This document shows, in pieces, positions 27,601 through 42,600 of a stretch of 64,000 nt of DNA. This DNA comes from Phoronis australis (taxonomy: Eukaryota; Animalia; Phoronida), in contig NMRA01000359.1 in NCBI GenBank assembly GCA_002633005.1, positions 275,438 to 339,437 of the forward strand, written 5' to 3'. Position 1 is the stretch's first letter; every line of letters starts with the position of its first letter. Made by a program: the position numbers and the translations under genes. Below the pieces are notes generated by a model that saw only the letters and a list, made by a program, of their open reading frames with translations, was not told the origin of the DNA and searched no databases.

Positions 27601-30600
27601 TCCCGGCTCAGGAAAATGTCCTCCATGTCTGGCTGTTTGTCCGGGTTGGTCGGTTTCTCATGTGCCTTGTGGATGTCTTCGTTGGAGGCACAGGCCAGAT
27701 GGAGACATCCACTAGAGGCTGACCAAGCTATCTTCTGAATGGCCTTCACAGTAGTTAGGTCAGGCACTGTGCTGGTGGCCTGGGCAGAAAATGAAACACG
27801 ATATAATGTTCGTGTAATAGCAAAATGCTCTACATCGCACTCAACTCTGGGATGACCGTAATTGGAGATTTTAAAAGTGCCGTCCACATGTAATGTTAAT
27901 ACATCTTTGTAACAAGAGGTCAGTGGCTTTTGGTTCACCACGGTCCACCAAAGGCCAGGATTGTGGAAACTTTACACTAGATACAAGACAGCTAGTATCA
28001 AGAGCTACACATTTCACCACACTGTACTGAACAGAAAACTGATCCAATTCAATGTAACACAATCACATATTGAATGACCAACTGCAAAAAGATGAAATTT
28101 CAGCAGCATGCTTATCAAAAAAATCGATGACATTCACAAAGTACCATAGCCAGCGAGATTTCATCAAAACCTACCTTGTCTGCTAAATGTTGCCCCAACT
28201 TGACAGCAGCGTTCTTGATGGCAAAGTCGGCGCTTGGGTTGGGTATATAGTGCAGGGCCTGCTGTAGTACGACAGCGTGATTGTGAGCGCTGGGAGTGAT
28301 GGAGGCGGTGGAGTCAGGAGTGCAGGCAGCGGCCACCACCTGCACCATGGCATGACCCACTGTGGTCAGCATGAGTTTGCAGATACGCAGTACGGATAGG
28401 TAGGCAGACCTGGGGTGAACAGAGATGAGCCGGTGGTGACAGCTACTTTGGATCACTACACGATTACAGTCACACAAACTCACGTTTCAGCATCTGTCAC
28501 ATTGCCAGGATTCGTGGCAGAAAGAAATGTCCATCGCACAGCACGTAACAACACTTTTTTATTAAGAATGTGACCGAAGTTCTACATCTTTCAGAGAACA
28601 CATCATCTGATCAAATCAAAAATATAACCGACACTAAATTTAAACAGCAAAGGTCATTGACTTATGCCCTTTCAGCGAGTCTCATGTTGAAATACCCATA
28701 CACCTTTTGGATAAGTTACTTTGCTAAAAATTAACAACAATGTACCTGCATGGCATAACACGGTGTCCAGCTTTCTTTCGTTGACAAAACACCGAAAATA
28801 TTGTCAACTACAACTCCTCGTAATTATACAACAAAACAATCGATCAGTCGAATTACATCTCAACACACATTAGTTCACGTCACTGGATTATTGTCAGTGA
28901 AGTGTTACCTTTTAGTAGGGAGATCTGCTGACGACATGAAGTTGTTCTTGGTCATCATGCTCAAGGTAACTGCCACACCTCCACTTCGAACAAAGCAGTC
29001 CTGTACACACGAAAAACGTCAGCCTGAATTCAATGTCTGCATCAAAGCTATTTTGTTATTTTTGTTACACACTGTCAAGCTGAAAATAACGAACATATAA
29101 CCTCAAAACTTTACTAACACCTGAGGTCCAATCTATCAAAGGTTGTAAGTCCAGTCTTAGTTAAGCAGGTCATGACTTTGATTTCAATTCGCACACAGTT
29201 TATTAACATGGCTTGTGAATGTGCTCATTAATACCAAAAATGATCACTTTACAGATACATAGGACCCTAAAAATGTCCCAACTTTGGAGCACTGTACCTC
29301 AAAAATATCTGATAGGATTCACACGCAACCTTCAGATACTGTGTCTAAAACGCTGTTAGGAATTGTTCTTAAAGGATTCCATTTTTGCATGAAAGGTTAT
29401 CATCAAAAAACTAGTAAGGTTTTATAAAAATGTCTGATATTTAGATCCGTAGAATATTTAGGTACACTACATCTAACTGAGCACACGAACTGTATATACA
29501 AAATGTGTTCAGCAAATGACTTATTGAATGCTGAACCTGGAATTCGCTCGTGTCCTCTGACATCCAATTGTTGGCTGGCATCAGTAGTGTGTAGGTGACC
29601 TCCAGGAAGTAGAGAACCTCTGACGGTGACGAGCCAAAGAACAAACCCTCCAGCTTGTTTTGATTTCCATCAGTTGGCTTAGCCTGTTCAGCACACACTG
29701 TCTTCAGTCGCTCGGCTGTGTGTTGGTCTACAGGGAGAACATAATTATGCACTCGTTGAGAACGACATACCAGTAGGACAACCTTGAGCGCTAGACCACA
29801 AATACTGTTTTACGACCTTAAATGATTCTCCGTTGCCATTTGGCTGTACCCAAGAGAATCATGATGATAGTTTTTTATGACTTAACACTTACCAAGCAGC
29901 AACAGTTTGGAAGTTCATTTCAAATTTTGTTATCACTTATAAAACTTGGTTACACGTCGAGTGACGCTTGTACGATCCTGTCAATTGAGGTCTATTCTTA
30001 TGCTCAACGCGACTGGGAATTCATCTCCACATCGGTTCAGTAGCTGCAGCGATAATTGATTTTTGCTTGGCTTGCACACCTAGTAGTCGGCCAACTGTTG
30101 ACCCATGCGATCATTTTTCTACTGCAAACACATCGGATCATCGTTAGAAGCTTTATGCGATGACGTATTATAAAAAAAAAATTTTAGAGTAGGTGCAGCA
30201 TTAAGACACAACTTATAATACTCAAGTTACAATAAAAAAACGGCTAAAAAAGTGTAACCTAAATTTAGGTCTTAGTTTTTTGTTATTTTTCACTGTGATT
30301 TTACAAAATTTTTCATTTGGCTGCATAGTCAATTTAAAACATTAGTCATGCTTACCATTACAGTCACATTTCAACTAATTCAACTAATATAACAATTTAA
30401 CGTTTTAGAATGATAATGTCTGCAAGAAAGTTGACTGTATCCACTATTGCTCCTAACAGCGACAGGAGGATTATACATAACACTGTTGGCATCTTGTTTT
30501 GGCTGCATACAAGACTTTTTAAAGGGTTTCAATAATTGAAGAAGTGGCACTCAATGAGCAGCTTGACCACCAGATGGCCCTAGCAAAACAATGGTCCACT

Positions 30601-33600
30601 AGCGTGTAAACGAGAACTTTGTTCCCCAAACACCCCCATCCCCTGCATACTAATAACAATTTAACAGAACAACGATTACCCACCAGCTGGCATGAGTTTC
30701 AGAACTTGTCTAGCACTTTCCCTCAGGCGAGCAATCCCCAGTTGACAGCCCATGTCAGCAATTTGGAAGAAAAAGCGAGCGTAATCGTGGACGTTAGCCA
30801 TCAGCTGAAACAACAACATCCGACGTCAATAGAAATCCATTTACAATCAACATACAGCACACGCATTAAAGCCCATGTCTGACTTAACGCCACTCACAAA
30901 ATTTTGTAACTTTCACTTTAATTTAAATTCCCATGCTCAGCTTTATGCCCACCCCCAGTAGACTTCCTTGAATGCACCCGGGGCTTTGTGAACAACTGAA
31001 ATTTAACTCCCAAAATATATGAATCTAGCTTAAATTTGAGTAACAGACAATCAAGAGTCTTAGTGGAACCTTATCTTATTCGGAAAACAAAAATGTTACA
31101 GTCTCTTACTGACTTTTTGAATCTGAATGACAATCCGAATTTCGAAAAAGTTTGTCTTTAAACACCCATGCTTGGCTTAATGTTTGCCTTACGTTTATTT
31201 TTTTTTAATTCGCTGAAATATAAGCCCTGGGTGTTAACACGGATGAATACGGTAGTTTATAAACAATACCACACTAATATCACACTATCTTCTCTCCATT
31301 CTTTAAGTAATGACAGACAGCAGTAACGAGAACAAATGACTTTAAGGATGGCACTGGACACGGCATTGACTTCACCCCAAACCGTAAACCCAGTAGATGT
31401 TCCACAGAGGTCACTACTTACCACACCAGGCAGGGTTTGCTCCGCTTCAATATTGGGTCCATCGAACGGGTTGTGAGGTGAGCCACCAGACCCATCTGAG
31501 CTACTGTCAGGGCTGGATGGCATGTTACTCCCGACCTGGCACAGCTTGGCAGTGATTAGCTGCAACCAAACAGGCAAAGAGCACATTGAGACAATTGCGA
31601 TCACACAAATGGAGAAAGAAGTCTTGTGAGCAGTGGCAAGGCTGGTTAGACTATTCTGATGCACCTCATATTAAAGAGATCAAGTTTGATGAGAACTCAT
31701 AAAAAATAAAGTTAATTTTAAAGTTTCAGAGCATGAAAAAATAGTGAGCATCCTTGACGATGACAAATTATGTTTTGACAAGTGCCATTAAAATTTCACC
31801 GACCCGGCAAACACAAGTCCAGCAACAGGAACTGAAAACTATTAACACAAAAATGACTGTTGTATGTACTCTGGACAAGAGTTGAGAGGCTTATTAGGAA
31901 TTTAATACTCACGGCTTTGTCCTTAATGGGCACCTGGGAGACAAGCTTTCGGTCATCTGTCACGTCAAGCAGCTCTCCGTTGTTGTACAAATCCACCTTC
32001 AGGTTACTGTTGTGAACACGTAACCTAGAAAAATATTAGCACGTAACTTAAGGACTAAATCTAACCAGCAATTCTTGTTATCAAAACCTGTACGAATCAA
32101 ACGTTTACATCAATTGAAACTTGCCATATTTTGTCACTATTCACTAACCTGCCAATAACCATATTGCTGTCCCTGCTTAAATGAGACAATCTGTACAGGG
32201 CAAGGGATTCTCGCTCAGTCTTGAACAAAAGCAAACTGGCAGAAGTCGCCTTTGTGAAGCAAAAGTTGAGACCAATTTTATAGCAGTAAGTGGTCTCATT
32301 CGAAGGTGGTGACCTGGACCCAGTTACACTTACTTATGGAGAATTTGTCTCCTGATGGAGCCGACCGTATCATTGGTGTGAGACCAGATCTCCAGGTCAT
32401 CCATCTGACGGCCGTGATTGGGGAACCGTACCACAATGGACACGTGCTTACCCCGGCAGGCACTGAAATGAAACACGCAAACGTGACATTCACACAATAG
32501 ATGCTAAGCAACACATAACTTAACGGTGGATTTACCCATAGCCCATCACAAGCTCCTCATGTTCAGTTGGGTTGACATGGACTGTGGGAATAACTTACGA
32601 CACAAGAACGACTTGTCTAGCTTCCAATATAGAAATATGCTCTTTCCATGAAACGAATTTCGACTACAACAAGAGCTGCAGCTCACATGTAACTTAAAAT
32701 CAAACACCACTGTCTCATTTTAACAATTCATACATTCATTATCCCCTCCCTCCCAAGCAGGTAAATATCTAGTTGACTTTGCCATTACAGCCATAATAAA
32801 AAAAACAGGACACAACCCCAATCTGCCACTCAGTTTGTGTCCCAGCAACTCACCGACTGAGGGGCAGTATGGCCCTCTCCTCTCCATAGGCGTCGTCGCA
32901 CTCGGCCAGGTACTCACGCAGAGCTGTCATCACACGGATCATGCGAGAAGCCTCCTGGTCCACGTGATTTTGGCTGTAGGGGTCCTTCTCCAAAACAGTC
33001 ATGTTGTCATAGGAGACGCGCAGTCGGTCCATGCAGTAACTCAGGAAATCTTCATGGATCTCGACCTATTCAGAAATATAAATACGCTGTTACATTTTAT
33101 TCCGGCACCAAGACTGAAATGAATTAAATACAGGATGCAATACTAAAGTCAGCAAGATGAAATGTTCTCCAAAATAATAAAATTTCCTGGACTGTATGTC
33201 TCCTAAATTCTGTAATCTTAACAGCCATCTTCATATGATTTCCAAAACTGACGATAACTAACGTGAAAGTGTCATTCACGCGCCAAATTCAATTGAACAA
33301 CCATGAAAGGGGAAGCAGGATAAATATACAAATTTCACTGTATAAATGTCTGGTATTTGGTATACCCTGTATTGGTCCGACATGGTCTCGACAATTTCAG
33401 GCTATTTATTCGATTTTTCTCGCACAAACTAAGTGGATCTTGCTAAGTTCATCAATGCCACTAATTTTAAGATATTGTTTACTTTTAAGTGATTTTTTAA
33501 AAGGAAACAAGAATTTTTATGCCCTTAAAACATGCGAAATACAGGTAAATCCGTAACAGAGGGCAGCAATGCTGAACAGAGCAAGCCATATTAATGACAC

Positions 33601-36600
33601 GGACAAATACATACCACACTATTTTGCAAACGAGGCCCAAGATTTGTGTAAATTTCCCGCAGCAGTAAGATGGCTTTGTCAGCTACTTCATCGGGTGCAT
33701 GCAACACAACCTTGAATATAAAAAGCACTTCATTTACGACACAAATACAAATCAACTCACGGTAACAATCGTACACACCGCAGTCAATGAATCTCCATAG
33801 CAACAGAATCATTCAAAACCATCTCATTGCAACACTGAGCTATGACTATGGTGGTATGACCATCTGTCAGCTTGAAAATGAATCCGTAGTTTCGAAATAC
33901 TCTTTGTTACCACGCACCGAAGGATCTGTTACATGCGTGTGAACTTGGATATTGCATTTAGCCACATGATTGCCGTGAGGGAGCATCAAGACAGACTGGA
34001 CATAACAAGTCATTACTTTAACAACACACATTTTTGCAATTCTTGAGGAGCCAACCATGATGATTCCAATGAGACCAGACCTTCTTTATCAAAGCATCAA
34101 TGTTGCACCTGGGTATGAGTGAATCTCAATTTCATGAAGCTTTTAGCTAGTACTAAAATTCTCTAGAAGCAATTAAGTTTAATTATGAAATGATCCACGA
34201 GAGAGTGATATAATTATTAATTCTACCTTCCACAGATAATCCAATCCAATGAGGTTGACATCTTCTGTAAGAAAACCTCCACGCCTTTTAGGTTCCAGCT
34301 TATTCTCTTTGCTATTTACCGCTTTAAAAAATCGCTCAAAACAACTGCAATTAAAAACATTATAATATTGATTTTCATATGCAGTGCAAGAACAAATGAA
34401 TATCACTGACATCACTTCCCAAATACTGTTACTAATCCTGAACAATAAATTCCCAAGTCTATCTATAGAATTAGTCCTATGCAGATAAAGGTTGCGACAG
34501 TGTTATTCTACCAAGTACAAAAATTTCTGGAATTTTAATGATTCCTTGCACTTACAGAGCCAAACTTTAATATCCTTGAACGCCATTTACAAACAACCAC
34601 ACATGTCACAATATAATTAACATCATGTTTCTGAAGCAACAACACCAGAATGTGACCCTGAAAAGTTTCAATGCTTGACAGCTGCAGACTGATTGCCTAC
34701 TCTCTTTCCCCAAGACGCAAAGTTACAAATACTTCTAGGTGGCCGCAATTGCACAGTGATAACCGTGATTACAATTAAACATGATTAGGACTGTTGTTCA
34801 ACAGAAATGTGGTGCTCAAGGGAGCTAGGATTTCCTACAAAGACTAGAGACTCACTTCATGCCGTTCTCTGTAAGAAGAGCAGAGTCCAACAGCAAGATG
34901 TTGCTCTCGAAAAATTCCTTTGTTATTTCAGGGTCCAAGTCAGGCTCCTCACCCATCAGCTGGAAGTAAAAACGAGACTGTGCATTTCACGAAACTAACC
35001 AAGACAATAGACAGTGGATGAGATGGTGTTTTTTCAATTTAGAGAAGCTATGTCTCATTAAATTGTGAATATGCATATAAAGTACTAGTTTACAAACAAT
35101 CACGGGTCTTCCGATGTGCCGGAAACCATGCGAGAACCAGTTAGTATTACAATCTCACGAAAGTCTTATTTTGTGAGACTATTTTTATGTAAATGAGTAT
35201 GGTAATATGTCACCGTTGCCCTAATAAAACAAGGAACAATTTTTATTTGTTCATGTCACTATCAAATAACAATTGCATAATATATGAAATTAAAAGGGAT
35301 TCCTGTATATCCACACTTGTTTTTAAGTGTACCAGTTGTGATGTTTTCTCTAAAGCTGTACTTTATTTACAAACAAATCTTTTCCTTATTATACTTGTAC
35401 ACACAGCTCTCCAAAAAGTCACAAGGTGGCGCTTGCTACTAATTTAAATTATTCACATTTTTAATGAAACATATCATCTTTAACTGGAGTAGCATTTACT
35501 CATTCGCAACTGAAATCAGTAAATTATTGCAATGTTTTCAGTCAATATAGTGAAACCATCAGCAAAAGATTTGCCATTTTTGATGGTGATGGATGCCACA
35601 ATAACAGACCGCAATACAGTTTCATAATTATTCTAATAATATAAACTATAACTTGTGTGGTGACATCACTTTAAAATAATGTTCTGACCTGCATTAAGAA
35701 GTCTACAAAGTACAGACACGATATTAAAAAAAACTTCAGAAACTTAACGTCTTATTTTCCACAGCACGATTTACCTTAGAAAACCACCTAAAGCATGCTT
35801 CACGGTCTGACACATAGATGGCATTCTCCGCTAAACACATCCAAATCTGCTTGGCCTGTGGTTCACACAGCCACAACTGGCCATCTTTCAACAGGAAACG
35901 CAAGAAACGGAGCCTCTCTTGAACCTGCTGATTGTGGTTGAAGCGTCCATCGGGAAGTATGTTGACAGGATCGACATCACGGTGATCTAACAAATGGTAT
36001 CAAGTATTTGTTTTAACCGGCTTCAAAGGTAACTTAAAGATCAATATTACAGTCCAGGTAGCCACTGGTAATTTCTGAGACAAAAGTTAGCCACAGGACT
36101 GATTTTCAAGAATTGCTGACTCCAAAATAACTTAATAAATTTTTGGAAATATTTCTGAAACTGAAACGTCTTTCGTCACACATTTGGCCAAAAACACGGG
36201 AAAAGAACAACGGTCACATTTTAACACAACTTTCTTAAAATCAGCAACAAAACAACAAGACTAGGTTTTAGGATTCAACTGATAACTTTCAAATCTTACC
36301 GCGACTACTTCGCCGACGCCTGTTACCAACTAAGTGAAAAGTAACGGTTGAAATCATTTTATTTCTCAATCAAAACCTTAAAGTACAGAAATACAAAAAC
36401 AGCAGTTTTTGCAAACTAGCACATTTATCAAAAATATCACAATGCATTACTTTTCAACAGTTTTCACTACAATTCCTTGAAAGGTGATACTTTTCACGAC
36501 GAGCTCAATTCAGTAATATTCCTCCAAGTGTTCCAGTTTGTAATATAAATAGCTACGTTACGCAAAACAAAGAGTCCTGCCCTACCAAACCTGTGACTCA

Positions 36601-39600
36601 TACCTTTGGCATATTGTTTGGCCTTCTGCATGTAAGCGACTAGATTCTTGGCTACGAGCATGACGATAGAGTGTTGCGACTGCAGTTTGTTGATCACTTG
36701 GTTACGGTAAACCACGTGTGGCGTCTTGTGAGAATGGCCGAAATTCTGAGGAGGCTGAAATGGAACGGAGAACATTTGTAACAATGCCTGGTGCTTGGTT
36801 CAGTCGTGTCGGTCAAGTTTCACGTTGCCTTAGATAGTAATGACATCGCTTGGTAACATTGGTTAATGCTAACAGTACATAAGCACCACAGTATCACTTA
36901 TTTTAAAAAAGGCACCAGTTATAATCTTCCTGTCACAGCTTACTTATTTAATTACAACTAGTGATAATGTTCCTTGATTAAGAAATAATTTAAAGCATAT
37001 TCAAGTCAATTTAATAGAACAGTTCATGTTTGCATACTAAGTTTCCAAGAATGCACAATTGTTTTGTTAGTGTATAAAGGGACAGAGGTTTACTATACCA
37101 CACGTAGGTAATCATTTTAGATCCTCACGTGACATATTCAGAACAAAAGATAGCAATATGCAGAACAAGAAATCTAGCATCTCGTTGCAAGACTACATCA
37201 GTCATTGGCCATTATTGAGGTTGTGAATGACCCATGTCTGACGTTGCGACTATTGTGAGTAACCCTGAACATACCTCAGTGAATAGTTGACATATTTCTC
37301 TAATCTGCTTGAGGGCGGGTAGCACCCACTTATCATTCTTCAGCTCTTCAACAAATTTATTAATCCACTGCAGCTTTTGTGTATCACGGTCCTGTAAATA
37401 TTCAGACATTGAATTGGTATTACACCAGACGAACTGAACAGGCAAGTGTAAGTATCTGGGCTAAAGCACCACCACTGTGCCGCTGTTGCATGTTGTTTGA
37501 TTTAAGAACCAAACAACAACACATTAACCCATTACCAGTGAACGGTCAGAGATGAGCGAACTAGTCATCATGGCATTAGAAAGCCCAAATCCGTTAATGA
37601 ATTAAAAAAGTGAAACTAAAATGACAACATTGCACCCAACCAACTAGCGTAATTCATCGCAGTTGCTAATAAATTCATTCAAGTGACTGACAAACAGCTT
37701 TTCTATCAAGTACCTACGAACACCATGCAAAGCAAATACGCATAGGGTATGACAAAGTAAGACAAACAGGAAACTTGACAGCAGACGATAAACATTATAG
37801 CACTGATAACAAACATATCATCGGCAGCTGCTGCTATTTTTGATGAAAAATAATTTAGCCGCGCACTTTAACAAAACTTGCCTCTTTGAGAACCTCGACT
37901 GGCCACGACTTACAAGCACTCCTACCTGTGAGCAGCTGTAGTCAAGAATCTTGATGTGAGCTGACAGTGCCTGGTCCATAATGTCTGTGGGGCAGTCGTC
38001 ACTGTGAGCTAGATTCCACAGCAATCCTAGCACCTTGTACGCCATGACACCCTCCTTGTCGTCCTCAGCCAGACGCCGGATCAACTCCAGTAGCTTCTCC
38101 CGTTGTTTCTTAGCTGCATGATGCCAGCTCCCCTGGGGATGACAGGAAGTTGGCATTCACTGCATGGACTGAGCACAGAGATTGGCAGCCAATGATATGA
38201 CCAGAGAGAGCCAGTAAACGATATTGTGATTATTAAGTACAAAGTAACCAGCTGACATATATTTTAGTCTTTACTAATCACACAACGCCTATTATTTGCT
38301 TTCTTTAGGGATACTTCTTTGTTTTCAGCCTAATGCAAAACAGTAATGCAAACAAAACACATACGAAAAGACAACCAGGACAGTTTTAACATTACAACAA
38401 ACTACCGCGAGAACACTATCTGACCATAGTTGAACACGTTTGATGACCACCACGTCCAACTTGAATTCAGCATTACCTGGAAGCATTCAAAGAGGTGATC
38501 CAGCTGTTCTGGCGAGAAGTCCCAAGCCAACTTAGCAAGCAGATCATGGACATTCTTGATTATGGCGTCATGTTTACCAGCCTGCAAAACAAACCCATAC
38601 TGAAGACCAGACCAGCACAACCATGCATATTACACCTGTATCAAAAGAAAGTTCAGCTGTTGCACCAAATTCACTGTCAGTAGTTGGTAAAACAAGCAAG
38701 ATGTCAACCATTGCCTTTCTTTCAGGGCTTGGAATGACCAATGACAAAAAACGCGGAAACTTTGAAACTTTTACGGCCCAAATAATCGCCCGATAACCAG
38801 CCTAGAACTGGTCAATGTGAACCTTTCCCCGACAAAAATCGGGAGGACTAAAAAAAAAAAAACGTTACCACCATCAGTAGCATGCGTCTGCGTCCTTTTA
38901 GCTCGCCCGTCCACTCCCAACCACACATTTCTGGCTCTGGCTGCAGAGCGGTAGTATTTGTCGCCGCGCTTAACAATAACACGAGACGCCATTGAAAATC
39001 ACACCACGCTATCCCAGATGCCCCGGCAATGTTGACAATTTACGTTCCTCTGAACATAAAGAGCAACTTCCGCTTTTCGAGGTGAACGTCGTCTGCAACG
39101 CCGCGGTAAGAAAGGAATTTGCCGCGGAAATTTTATATCAAATCCGATTTTTTTACGCAGAAATATTATAAAAAAAGCGGAAAGCACATTTGAAAAAAGC
39201 GGAAATCCGCGTTTCCGCGGAAAATTCCAAGCCCTGTTCTTTACAGTACCCTACCATACATGGGCGTCAGACACAGCTTTCCGTAACCATTTTCATGGTC
39301 GATTTCCATACTTTCCCAGTTTTAATATTTCACAACTCTACATTGCCTGTTTGTTAGTAAAACCAAAAATGCCAGATCTTCACGAGATAACCAAATCCAA
39401 CACATTAATCAAGCACGTGACCACACCAGCTTTACTCGCAAGATTCTCATGTCTCCGGAGGTCAGACCTCACCTGTGCATCCCAGATAAGGTCAAGGTCT
39501 GTCAATGTCAGCGCCTTCTCTTTGATCATGAACCGCAGTATCTTCTCCAGCTTTTCCACGTACTGAGGCTGATGCAGGTTGTCCTTCAGGACAATGTCCA

Positions 39601-42600
39601 GCACTTTGTTCTCCTGTATCCACTCCTGTGAACGCAATAAGAAGCCTGTGGTGTAAACTATTAACAGTGCTTGAGTAGAGACATCAACATGGCTCTGCAC
39701 TAAAACACAAATGGTTTTGACACCACGATAACACACTCAAAGTGATTTAATATGATTTTGACGTACTAGACAACACTTCCCAAATCTGGAATGTAAAAAA
39801 AAATGTTCTGGAGATTAAAACTTTCTGTCTATCCCAGAATAAGCGAACTCTATCAAGCTGTACACCATGGCTGAGTAACAATCGTACAATTACAATGGAA
39901 TACGAAAGAGATGAAGACTACATACAGCCATCTTATCAGCAGTGAGCCATTCGTCCTCCTCAGCTTGTCCCTGTCGGTGACTATAGTAAGAGACACTGGT
40001 TAGCACCTTGTTCACTTCATTCAGGGCGTTCATCTTGCCGTTGTAAGACGATATCTGTAGCAATCTGTAGCAAAAAAACACCATCATAGCAAGAGCTATT
40101 CACGCGAAACAATGAGGTGGAAAACTATTGTCAGGTATGGCTGATTATATTGTTTGCTTGTACTTTGCACCTGTCAATAACATGGGGAATTTTGAGCAAT
40201 TGTACGAGAGTAGTTGGCCTTTGAAAAAAGCGTTATTTTTGCTAACATTTTCCTCTTAATAGCAAAATCGTTTCCACAATGTATTAGAGACCATTCTTTG
40301 AACTCTGACAAAATACTCAACAAAACACTTAAGCATCAGTTATTTCAATCTTGTTCAAATCAATGAATGGTGGGAACTGCTTTCAAGAATGTACGACACA
40401 TCAACAAGATCCAGTTGGAAAATTCCCAGCATATACAACAGATTTCGAGTATTCAAAATTCCATTATCATGAAGTCAGCAAAAGAGCATATAACACACCT
40501 TCTTGTTTATATTTACAGAAAGGAGTATTTGTTTAGAATACCAGATAACTCGAGAATGCACCAGCTATAAAACTGGGATGATTGATGCTACCAAACATTG
40601 GATTTTACCTTTTGAAAGACCCAAAATAATGACCAAGTCAAGAAGAGAATTTGATCAGCATTAATGGACATGAATGAGATAACATGAGTAAGGTATTTTC
40701 ACATATCATCCAACACTGGTTAATTGTCTTGCCACAAATGCAAAGAAAAAATTATGTGGTCATCAATATATTCTGCTCGAAGGCAATAATGCTGACGTAC
40801 ATACCGTAAAATCATTTTTAATCTAAACACTTCCAGACTTTTCACCGTCTCTTCTTGGCCAGGAACACGTGACGCCAAGCATTTGAGGGCCTTTACAATG
40901 TTGGACAGGGCGTCGTTCTTAGCTTCTGATTTGGACTCCTTCTTCATATCCTCATCAGTTAGTTTGTTCAGAAAGTCAGGTACAAGTTTCTGAAAATCAG
41001 AGAAAATTTGAATTCATTTTCCACAGGAAAATCTGAAAAGTAGACTAGCAAATTCTAAGAAGCAATTTCAAAAGTTCAAACAATTCTGCTATTAAAGATC
41101 TGATCTTTTAGTAAAACACAGGGTGATGTCCTTTAAAGCAGCATTTAACTGCCAATTTCTGTCAAAAATTTTAAATTTGAATTAGGTAATGTACCGGTAT
41201 AAAATTGGTATTGTTACAATATTTGTTCTTACTCAGTATAGAAGCAATAACTAAGCTCCGGAAGAGCTGACAGTTAGTCATCACTTCAATCCAGTATCGT
41301 ACAATTTAAGGTCAAACTGTGACTAGAAAATTTATCAGCATTTTCTGAAGAAAGAGCGATCTATCAGATCTTTCAAGTTCAGAAATCAAACTTATGTTGA
41401 CTATGGAGCAATACGAGACCAATATAATAACGATAAATGACCTGAATCAAAACTTGTTTTTTGACAGAAACCACCGATTTAGGTGAACCAAATTTGTCTA
41501 ACTTCATGGTTGAGAAACACACCAGAAACACAGTTCATTTTTGTGAATAAACTCTGCATAACCCAACTTACTATAACGGGCATAAAGTACTTCTCGACTG
41601 TGTAGGGAGTCAACAGCTCATGGCACACACCAAACGGTCTGAAATATGGTAAGGACTATTTAACAACCACGAGCTTCACTAGGCAATTGCAAAGCAACCA
41701 GACCTTTTGAAAAAACAAGACAATTTGACATACGGCTGTAGTCATAAATTTAAAAAACTTGGTCAAAAATACCATAATTGGTTGTGAAGTGTGTATTTTG
41801 ACATTTGGTATACAATTATTTCGTTATACAATTTAAAGAAAGTTACCCAAGTCCAAGTTATGAGGGATTCTGGTGAGAACAGAACTGATTATGCTATTTA
41901 GTGTGGCCTATGGTAAAACTTCTTCAGTTAGGGACACAATATGGCAGACAGGAGAAATATCATTTCGTCAAATTTCACAACAAAATTAACTACTTAGGAA
42001 AATTCCCATTGCTTTTAGCACAGTTTGTAAGGTGTAGCTATCACCGAACAAAGAAATGATCAAATTTTGAGCACTTGCAACAATATGGCGAGCCTCTGAA
42101 AAATAGAAATACGGCAATTTTATCAAATGCTTATGTCCCAAATTGGAGAATTTTTTACTGTAATTAACCTAAGAATGACTCTTAACTATCAAAATGATCG
42201 TACTGAATTAAACAAAACAGGAGCAGCACAACACAAATGGTAGAGGTGCTTATCAGATTTACGTAAGGTATAAGGAGCTGCAATAGTTTGAACTAACAAA
42301 AAGTGGAAGTACCTCACCTTTCTAAACTAACACCAAACCAAAAGTTAAAGAAAATCAACAGATCTCAAAATTTTCAACAAAGAAATAAGAATTGTGATGG
42401 CCAGTACAGAGCACTGGAGTAGTCAAATTTGCCTGAAAATCAAAGGTGCATTACCATCACATAACTCAAAGTTTCATTGAAATCCATCAAAATATTGAAA
42501 GACTCACTCCCTGGCCCCTGGATTGAAATACAGCATGCACCACACTACAATTGCCCTACACCCTTGTGACAAATTTCATGACAGAAATCCGTCAACTGAA

